Source: an uncultured Oscillospiraceae bacterium (GTDB taxonomy: Bacteria; Bacillota; Clostridia; UMGS1883). From it: a stretch of DNA of 41,264 bases. Below, one piece after another: positions 35,254-41,264 of this stretch (position 1 is the stretch's first letter; each line of letters begins with the position of its first letter). Location of the stretch: assembly GCA_964551215.1 (NCBI GenBank), contig CAZKBV010000004.1, positions 1 through 41,264 on the forward strand, in the 5' to 3' direction. The translations under genes and the position numbers were made by a program. The notes under the pieces were generated by a model. It saw only the letters and a program-made list of their open reading frames with translations, made no database searches and was not told the DNA's origin.

Positions 35254-35331
35254 AATTAGTCTCCTTTATTTACTCGGATTAGCGCCGGAAATATATTCGG
35301 GATTGTCTCACAGATGATATAATTGTATTAC

Positions 35332-35523
35332 CTAAATTTTAAAAATATCTACATTTGTTGCTTGAATTTTAATTGTATAATGCTCATCATTGAAATCATC
35401 TAACGTATTGATAATCATAATATCATTTTCAACTTTCGCGTCAATAATACTAAAATAATCAACTTTACCAACTATATCACAACTATCGAAGTAAGAAACA
35501 TCAGTAAAAACAAGTTCTATCAT
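35332..35523 (-). CDS. Hypothetical 63-aa protein in the AT-rich islet, possibly the C-terminal remnant of a larger gene
   Basis: ORF starts MIELVFTDVSYFDSCD. There is no convincing RBS and its ATG overlaps the stop of the upstream fragment (ATGA). Its frame stays open 33 nt further upstream. Confidence 0.4.
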   Translation of the reverse strand: MIELVFTDVSYFDSCDIVGKVDYFSIIDAKVENDIMIINTLDDFNDEHYTIKIQATNVDIFKI

Positions 35524-35682
35524 TCCCGTTTCAGCTTCATCTTTCTTGTGGGTGTTCTAAAGCCACAAAATTCTACTTCAATATTGACAGTAGTACCGTT
35601 GTGAGTTATTTTGGTTATCAAGCTATCATGAAGATAATATTCTTCAATAAAAATATTCTTCAATAAATTTTTGAATTATCAT
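35520..35682 (-). pseudogene. N-terminal gene fragment interrupted by a 16-bp tandem duplication
   Basis: AGGAGA RBS, then ATG at 35682 giving MIIQKFIEEYFY*. Removing one 16-bp copy restores MIIQKFIEEYYLHDSLITKITHNGTTVNIEVEFCGF. Confidence 0.5.
35636..35667. repeat. Perfect 16-bp tandem duplication AATATTCTTCAATAAA x2
   Basis: 35636-35651 equals 35652-35667. The length is not a multiple of 3, so it causes a frameshift. Confidence 0.95.
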
Positions 35683-35701
35683 AATTTTATATTCTCCTAT
35701 T

Positions 35702-35752
35702 GCGGTAAAATACAGATAACTTTCAGGGGTTTCCCAACGGACATTTTACCGC
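35702..35752 (-). other. 10-bp inverted repeat (GCGGTAAAAT / ATTTTACCGC) just after the phoR stop, at the edge of the AT-rich islet
   Basis: Stem at 35702-35711 and 35743-35752 with a 31-nt loop. No U-tract follows on the minus sense. Confidence 0.5.
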
Positions 35753-35760
35753 GGTTTTAT

Positions 35761-37413
35761 TTACAGCTTAAACGTAAGAGTTATGCTTGTACCCTTGTTT
35801 TCCTCGCTTTCCAGCTTTATTTCCGCGCCATGAAGAATGGCTCCGTGCTTTACGATGGAAAGCCCCAGCCCCGTTCCGCCGATAGCCTTGGAGTGGCTTT
35901 TATCCACCCGGTAAAACCGCTCGAAAATCCGGCTCTGCTCGGCAAAGGGAATCCCGATGCCCGTATCACGGACGGTGACGGACGCATAATTTCGGGAGCT
36001 GCTTATGATGACGTCCGCAAAGCCGCCCTCTTTATTGTATTTTACGGCGTTGTCGCAAAGATTGTAAAGCATTTCGTTTATTATGCTTTCCACCCCGCTG
36101 ATTTCGACATTTTCACCAATCAGGTTAAACGTCACGGATTTTTTCTCCGCCGCCGGACGCAGCGCCTCAATAACGGCTTCCGCTTCTTTTTTCAGGTCAA
36201 CGGGCTTTTTCTCCAAGGCTATGCCCTTTTCGTCCAATTCCGAAAGACGGATAATGTCGTTTACAAGGGAAATCAGCCGCCTTGCCTCGTCGTAAATGGA
36301 TTTTGAAAAATCCGTCACAACCTCAGCGGGAGCACCGCCCTCCATCATTATTTCCGCAAAGCCGGAAATGGAGGTGAGGGGAGTTTTCAGCTCGTGGGAC
36401 ACATTGGAGGTAAATTCCCTGCGGAGCTGCTCCCGACGCACCTGTTCCGTCATATCCAATATTACAATAACTGCGCCGATGGGCTTTTCTTCCTCGAAAA
36501 CAGGGCTGGCAATAAGGCTGAAGCTGCGTTCTCCCGCGGACATGGAGCTTTCGGCTCTTTCTCCGGAAAGGGCTTTTTCAATAACCTCAACAAAGCCCTT
36601 TGAGCGGCTCAGCTCAAACGCGCCCGCAGGCATTTCCCCGGGATAGCCCAAAAGCCGCAGAGCCGCCGTATTGCAGGTCAGAAGCCGGGCCATGCTGTCA
36701 ATAATAAGAAAGCCTTCGCTCATATTTTCGGTTATCAGCCGAAATTCCTCCCGACTTTTTTCCGCTTCCTTTATCTGGCGGGCAATTGTACGGTTTTGAG
36801 CGGAAATTTTTTTCAGCAGGGGGGATAGCTCGTCATAGGTTTCGGCGGCTTCGGGATTTTCGAGGTCAATATCGTTTATGGGGCGGATAATCGCCTTTGA
36901 CACTCTTCCGGAAAGGAAGTAAGAAATAATCAAAGCCAAAATTATAACAATCAGCATCGGATGAACAAGCCCCAGAGCCGCCGCCGCAACGGAATAATGC
37001 GTGGCGGAAATACGCAAAATGTTTCCGTCCTTCAGCTTTACGGCGTAATATATGGTTTTGCGGGTGAGAGTGTCGGAATATCTGACGCTTGTGCCGGAAC
37101 CGTTTTTTACGGCTTCGGCAATCTCCTTTCTCTGAGAGTGGTTGTCCATTTGGGAGGGATCCGCGTCGGTGTCGGCAAGGACGACTCCGTCGGGGGAGAT
37201 AAGAGTTATGCGTTTGTCGCCGCCGTTAAGGGAGCTTATGTATTCCGCCCCGTAGCTTTCCGCCGCGGAAGCCAAATAGAAGGCCTGAGATTTTAGCTCG
37301 GAGAAAAGCTGCTTTTCAAAATAGCTGTACAAAACTCCCATTATGAAAACAACGCTTACCGCAAGAGTTATCATTGTGGCGAAAAAGCCGAAACGGAATA
37401 TCTTTTTATTCAT
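35761..37413 (-). CDS. phoR: Phosphate-regulon sensor histidine kinase (PhoR-like)
   Basis: 550 aa. Two TM segments flank an extracellular domain, followed by PAS, the HisKA H-box SHELKTPLTSI and HATPase_c GGTGLGLSIVKH. Genomic context is pst/phoU. Confidence 0.85.
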   Translation of the reverse strand: MNKKIFRFGFFATMITLAVSVVFIMGVLYSYFEKQLFSELKSQAFYLASAAESYGAEYISSLNGGDKRITLISPDGVVLADTDADPSQMDNHSQRKEIAEAVKNGSGTSVRYSDTLTRKTIYYAVKLKDGNILRISATHYSVAAAALGLVHPMLIVIILALIISYFLSGRVSKAIIRPINDIDLENPEAAETYDELSPLLKKISAQNRTIARQIKEAEKSREEFRLITENMSEGFLIIDSMARLLTCNTAALRLLGYPGEMPAGAFELSRSKGFVEVIEKALSGERAESSMSAGERSFSLIASPVFEEEKPIGAVIVILDMTEQVRREQLRREFTSNVSHELKTPLTSISGFAEIMMEGGAPAEVVTDFSKSIYDEARRLISLVNDIIRLSELDEKGIALEKKPVDLKKEAEAVIEALRPAAEKKSVTFNLIGENVEISGVESIINEMLYNLCDNAVKYNKEGGFADVIISSSRNYASVTVRDTGIGIPFAEQSRIFERFYRVDKSHSKAIGGTGLGLSIVKHGAILHGAEIKLESEENKGTSITLTFKL

Positions 37414-38089
37414 TTGTCATTCCTCCCAGCTTATAGCCTATACCCTTTACGGTTTGAATAAGAGAGCCGGCCTCTCCCAGCTTGATTCGTAGCTTGCGTA
37501 TGTGTACGTCCAGCGTGCGGGATTCCTCGTAAAATTCGCCCCACACCTTGGAAATAAGGGCGTCGCGCTTTACGACGGCGCCCTTGGCTTCGAGAAGCAC
37601 AAGCAGCAGCATATATTCCTTGTAAGAAAGGGGGACGTCATGCCCACCTGCTTGAATAATGTGCATTTTGGGATTAACGTAAAGACTGCCGACCCTGTAC
37701 TCCGCGTCACCTTCGGCGCGGGTTTTTTCGTACCGCCGAAGCACGGCCCTGACCCGGGAGAGAAGCTCCGTCATGCCAAAGGGCTTGGAGATGTAGTCGT
37801 CGGCTCCGGCGTCCAGACCGGTAACCTTGTCAAATTCCGAGGTTTTGGCTGTGAGCATTATTACGGGAACGTTTTCGAGTCTGCGTCTTTGGCGCAGCTT
37901 TTTTAATACGGAAAGTCCGTCCTCACCGGGGAGCATAATGTCCAAAAGAACAAGCTCGGGAACTTCCTTTTCCGCCGCCGCCCAAAATTCCGATGGACGG
38001 GAAAAGCCCTTTACCTCCCATCCCTCTCTGGTAAGGGCGTAGCTCACCAGCTTGCGGATATTGTCGTCGTCCTCAACAAAATATATCAT
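37406..38089 (-). CDS. phoP: OmpR-family response regulator (PhoP/PhoB-like)
   Basis: 227 aa. REC domain (LVLLDIMLPGEDG) plus a winged-helix C-terminus (IQTVKGIGYKL). Overlaps phoR by 8 nt. Confidence 0.85.
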   Translation of the reverse strand: MIYFVEDDDNIRKLVSYALTREGWEVKGFSRPSEFWAAAEKEVPELVLLDIMLPGEDGLSVLKKLRQRRRLENVPVIMLTAKTSEFDKVTGLDAGADDYISKPFGMTELLSRVRAVLRRYEKTRAEGDAEYRVGSLYVNPKMHIIQAGGHDVPLSYKEYMLLLVLLEAKGAVVKRDALISKVWGEFYEESRTLDVHIRKLRIKLGEAGSLIQTVKGIGYKLGGMTNE

Positions 38090-38124
38090 GGCCGTTTCCT
38101 CCGTGGAAATTAATTCGTAAATTT

Positions 38125-38153
38125 ATTATACTCCCGTTTATGGGAAAATGCAA
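38125..38153 (-). promoter_or_regulatory. SigA-type promoter for phoP-phoR in the phoU-phoP gap
   Basis: Minus sense reads TTGCAT (38153-38148), 17-nt spacer, TATAAT (38130-38125). Confidence 0.6.
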
Positions 38154-38154
38154 G

Positions 38155-38790
38155 CTAAAGAAGCTTTCCCGTAACGGAATAAATCACCCATTCGGCGATA
38201 TTTACGGCGTGGTCGCCGATGCGCTCGAAATACTTTGCAATCATAAGAAAATCCGCCGCCGTTTCCGCTTTGTCGGCGGAGCGCGTAAGTCCGGCGATAA
38301 GGTCGCCGCGCACCCGGGTAAAAAGTCCGTCCACAATATCGTCGCCGGAAATCACAGCTTCCGCAAGGGAGGAATCCTTTTTAACGAAGGAATCCACACT
38401 GCCCGTAACCATATTTATGGCCTCCCGCGCCATATCGGAGATGTGGGCGGGGACGGCGCGGCTTTCCGGAATGTGACGGGCAATGTCGGCAATGTCCGCC
38501 GCTTGGTCGCCGATGCGCTCCATGTCGGATATCATGCGAAGGGCGGAGGAGATATACCGAAGATCTCCGGCAACGGGCTGCTGCTGCATGATAAGCTTCA
38601 TGCACATATTTTCTATTTCCCTCTCCTTTCGGTCTATGGCCTTTTCCGCTTCAAGGACATTTTCTAACAGGGCGGGAGTTTTTTCCGCAAGATATTTTAC
38701 ACAGCCGCTGATGGCTTCCTCGCACATGGCCCCCATAGTTATAAGCTCCATGTTCAGCCGCCGGAGCTGCTGCTCGTATCTGTCTCTCAT
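38155..38790 (-). CDS. phoU: Phosphate signalling complex protein PhoU
   Basis: 211 aa from the ATG at 38790, after GGAGG. Two PhoU repeats with E/DxxxD motifs. Confidence 0.9.
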   Translation of the reverse strand: MRDRYEQQLRRLNMELITMGAMCEEAISGCVKYLAEKTPALLENVLEAEKAIDRKEREIENMCMKLIMQQQPVAGDLRYISSALRMISDMERIGDQAADIADIARHIPESRAVPAHISDMAREAINMVTGSVDSFVKKDSSLAEAVISGDDIVDGLFTRVRGDLIAGLTRSADKAETAADFLMIAKYFERIGDHAVNIAEWVIYSVTGKLL

Positions 38791-38791
38791 A

Positions 38792-39544
38792 TCAGCCAAA
38801 CCTCCCTGTAATGTAGTCCTCCGTCCGCACATCCTCCGGATCGGAGAAGATTTTTTCCGTACTGTCGTATTCGATAAGCTCCCCCAAAAGGAAGAACGCG
38901 GTTTTGTCGGCTATTCTTGCCGCCTGCTGCATATTGTGGGTTACCATAACTATGGTGTAGCTTTCTCTAAGCCTTACGGCAAGATCCTCTATTTTTGAGG
39001 TGGAGATAGGGTCAAGCGCGCTGGTAGGCTCATCCATAAGCAAAACCTCCGGCTCCACCGCCAAAGCACGGGCTATGCAAAGTCTCTGCTGCTGTCCGCC
39101 GCTCATGCTGAGGGCGCTTTTTTTGAGTCTGTCTTTACATTCCTCCCAGATTGCCGCGCCGCGAAGGGAGCCTTCCACTATCTCGTCAAGCCTCGCTTTT
39201 GAGCGTATGCCGTGTATTCTTGGGCCGTAGGCGACATTGTCGTAAACGCTCATGGGAAATGGATTGGGCTTTTGGAAAACCATTCCCACCCGCTTGCGCA
39301 GGCTGTTTACGTCGGTATCCTTATAGATATCTTTGTCCTTTAAATATATTTTCCCTTCTATGCGGCAGCCCTCCACAAGGTCGTTCATGCGGTTGAGAGT
39401 TTTTAGGAATGTGGATTTTCCGCAGCCCGATGGCCCAATAAGGGCCGTGATTCTGTTTTCCGGAATGGCAATGCTGACGCCCTTTAGCGCGTGGTTGGCC
39501 CGGTACCAGAGATTAAGACCTTCAGCCTTTATTATATCGCTCAT
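38792..39544 (-). CDS. pstB: Phosphate ABC transporter ATP-binding protein
   Basis: 250 aa from [14 protein letters not shown]. Walker [10 protein letters not shown], signature LSGGQQQR. TAATG overlap with the pstA stop. Confidence 0.95.
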   Translation of the reverse strand: MSDIIKAEGLNLWYRANHALKGVSIAIPENRITALIGPSGCGKSTFLKTLNRMNDLVEGCRIEGKIYLKDKDIYKDTDVNSLRKRVGMVFQKPNPFPMSVYDNVAYGPRIHGIRSKARLDEIVEGSLRGAAIWEECKDRLKKSALSMSGGQQQRLCIARALAVEPEVLLMDEPTSALDPISTSKIEDLAVRLRESYTIVMVTHNMQQAARIADKTAFFLLGELIEYDSTEKIFSDPEDVRTEDYITGRFG

Positions 39545-40416
39545 TAATTTTTCTCTCCCTTCTTCTGCGAGGCAAGCTTCGCCGCCAGCTTTGCGGCTGT
39601 GTTGATTACAAAGGTAAGCGCAAGCAGTATGGCGGCGATGGAAAACGCAATGCCGAATTCGCCCCGTTCCTTGGCGTACATATAAAGAGCAACCGTCAGT
39701 GTGGAGCCGGCTTTTCCGGGCAAAGGAGCCTGCCAAAGGCTTATTATCTCATTGGCCATGCCCGCCGTAAACATCAGAGCGGCGCTTTCTCCCACGATTC
39801 TGCCGATTGAAAGTATACAGCCGGAAACAATTCCGTCTATTGAGGAGGGGAGGACTACGGTTCTTATCATGTGCCACTTTCCCGCGCCAAGGGCGAGGGA
39901 GCCTTCCCTGTATCCGTCGGGAACGGTTTTAAGGCTTTCCTGAGTCGTGCGGACAACCGTGGGAAGAGTCATTATAACAAGAGTCATCGCTCCGGCAAGA
40001 AGGCTTGTTCCGAAGCCGAAAAGCTGTACGAATACCAACATTCCCACAAGGCCGTAAATTATTGAGGGTATTCCCGCCAAGGTTTCCGCCGCGAGTTCGA
40101 TGAGCCTTACGGCCTTTTTGTTTGAGGCGTATTCGTTAAGGTATATGGCCGCGCCTACGCCCAAGGGGAGAACCGCGATTATTGTCATAATAATTATGTA
40201 AACCGTGTTCAGTATGTTGGGGAGTATCCCCGCCGTACCTCGGAGAAGGCTGGGCTTGGAGGTCAGAAGCTCAATTGTTATTGCGGGGATTCCCCGAAAA
40301 AGTATATAGCCTATAACGCCTCCCAGAATAAGGCATATTACCGCCGCCGACAGATATACCAGAAAATTCAGCGCTCCGCATTTAATTTTTCGGCTTCGTG
40401 ATATTTTTTCCCGCAT
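39544..40416 (-). CDS. pstA: Phosphate ABC transporter permease PstA
   Basis: 290 aa from [10 protein letters not shown]. PstA-type permease with an EAA-like loop. Confidence 0.9.
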   Translation of the reverse strand: MREKISRSRKIKCGALNFLVYLSAAVICLILGGVIGYILFRGIPAITIELLTSKPSLLRGTAGILPNILNTVYIIIMTIIAVLPLGVGAAIYLNEYASNKKAVRLIELAAETLAGIPSIIYGLVGMLVFVQLFGFGTSLLAGAMTLVIMTLPTVVRTTQESLKTVPDGYREGSLALGAGKWHMIRTVVLPSSIDGIVSGCILSIGRIVGESAALMFTAGMANEIISLWQAPLPGKAGSTLTVALYMYAKERGEFGIAFSIAAILLALTFVINTAAKLAAKLASQKKGEKN

Positions 40417-40420
40417 ATTG

Positions 40421-41254
40421 CTACCTCTTTTCCTTCTTAACAAAGGTGTTCAGAATCAGGTTTATAATCATGATGAACACGAACAGCACCAACGCAATGG
40501 AGAACAGAGCCTTACGCTGAAGGCCGGAGGAGTAAGACATTTCTCCCGCCACAGCCGTTGTAAGAAAGCGGACGCTTTTAAACAGGCCGGGCATATTGGG
40601 GGCATTGCCCGATACCATCATTACCGCCATCGCTTCTCCGATCGCGCGCCCCGTTCCCAGCGCGGCGGAGGTTATTATCCCGCTTTTCGCGGCGGGCAAT
40701 ACCACCTTAAAAACCGTTTCGGTTTTGGTTGCGCCAAGGGCGAGGGACGCTTCCTCGTATTCCTTTGGGACGGCTCTCAGGGCTGTTTCCGACACGGAAA
40801 TCACCGAAGGCAGTATCATTACCGTAAGTACGATTATCGCGGAAAAAAGGTTTGCCCCGTCCGGCAGACCGAAAAGCTCCCGCACAGCCGGTACTATTAT
40901 TATCATGCCCACAAGGCCGTATACCACCGACGGGATTCCCGAAAGCAGATCCACGGCGCTGCGCACCGGAGCGGCGGCTTTTTCCGAAGCCGGCTTTGCC
41001 AGAAATACGGCGCATAAAACTCCGATAGGAACGCCGATTATAACCGCGGCCAATGTACCAAGCACGGATGTGAGGATAAAGGGCAGGATTCCGTAGGATG
41101 GCTCGGCGGCGGTGGAAGCCCATTTCGTGCCGAAAAGGAACTTCACCGGCCCTATTTCGCCTATGGCGGGAAGTCCGCTTGCCAAGAGGAAGCCCGTAAT
41201 CAGCAGAACAAATGCCACAGCCAGAAATCCGCACAGTGTGAAAACGGCCTTCAT
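40421..41254 (-). CDS. pstC: Phosphate ABC transporter permease PstC, possibly 5'-truncated by the window edge
   Basis: 277-aa permease. The frame is still open upstream of the ATG at 41254 to the end of the window, and no good RBS is visible. Confidence 0.85.
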   Translation of the reverse strand: MKAVFTLCGFLAVAFVLLITGFLLASGLPAIGEIGPVKFLFGTKWASTAAEPSYGILPFILTSVLGTLAAVIIGVPIGVLCAVFLAKPASEKAAAPVRSAVDLLSGIPSVVYGLVGMIIIVPAVRELFGLPDGANLFSAIIVLTVMILPSVISVSETALRAVPKEYEEASLALGATKTETVFKVVLPAAKSGIITSAALGTGRAIGEAMAVMMVSGNAPNMPGLFKSVRFLTTAVAGEMSYSSGLQRKALFSIALVLFVFIMIINLILNTFVKKEKR

Positions 41255-41264
41255 GACCTTTTCA

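Noticed and set aside
35671-36306. 211-aa plus-strand ORF starting in the AT-rich islet
   Set aside because: Most of it is antisense to the clearly identified phoR kinase domain. It has no RBS or motifs and is a shadow ORF.
38792-39736. 314-aa version of pstB, and similar extensions of phoU, pstA, rplP, rpmC, rplO, rpmD, rplX, the THUMP MTase and the MATE gene
   Set aside because: Homology, RBS positions and TAATG/ATGA coupling with upstream stops all support the shorter internal starts reported in the features.

Overview
41.3-kb chromosomal window from a moderately GC-rich Firmicute. It looks Clostridia-like: a SpoIVFB-like M50 protease, an SLH-anchored surface protein, and the map-KOW-infA-rpmJ gene order. 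The core (9594-25047, minus strand) is a complete S10-spc-alpha ribosomal protein supercluster running rpsJ to rplQ. It includes secY, adk, map, infA, rpmJ and rpoA, and has a near-consensus promoter and a roughly 285-nt structured leader. Left flank: proS (+), then a minus-strand ktrB-ktrA unit followed by a large GTPase gene, and a secreted multidomain zinc-metalloprotease-like protein. Right flank: a 951-aa SLH surface protein, a THUMP RNA methyltransferase, a MATE exporter, a small membrane protein plus an M50 protease, a radical-SAM/DUF2344 pair, a 3D-domain protein, an AT-rich islet of decayed small genes, and a Pho locus (pstC-pstA-pstB-phoU-phoP-phoR). Most interesting: (1) an 869-aa ORF fusing an EF-G/Tet(M)-family translational GTPase to a Rae1/YacP-type NYN RNase domain; (2) a 75-bp structured repeat present in two inverted copies that bracket the 7.7-kb block next to the ribosomal cluster, plus palindromic 15-bp tandem repeats after rplQ; (3) a ~25-30% GC islet (35036-35700) whose small genes are broken by short tandem duplications. 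No rRNA, tRNA, CRISPR array, transposase or integrase was recognised. Several ORF-track starts are N-terminal over-extensions and were trimmed using RBS and homology logic.
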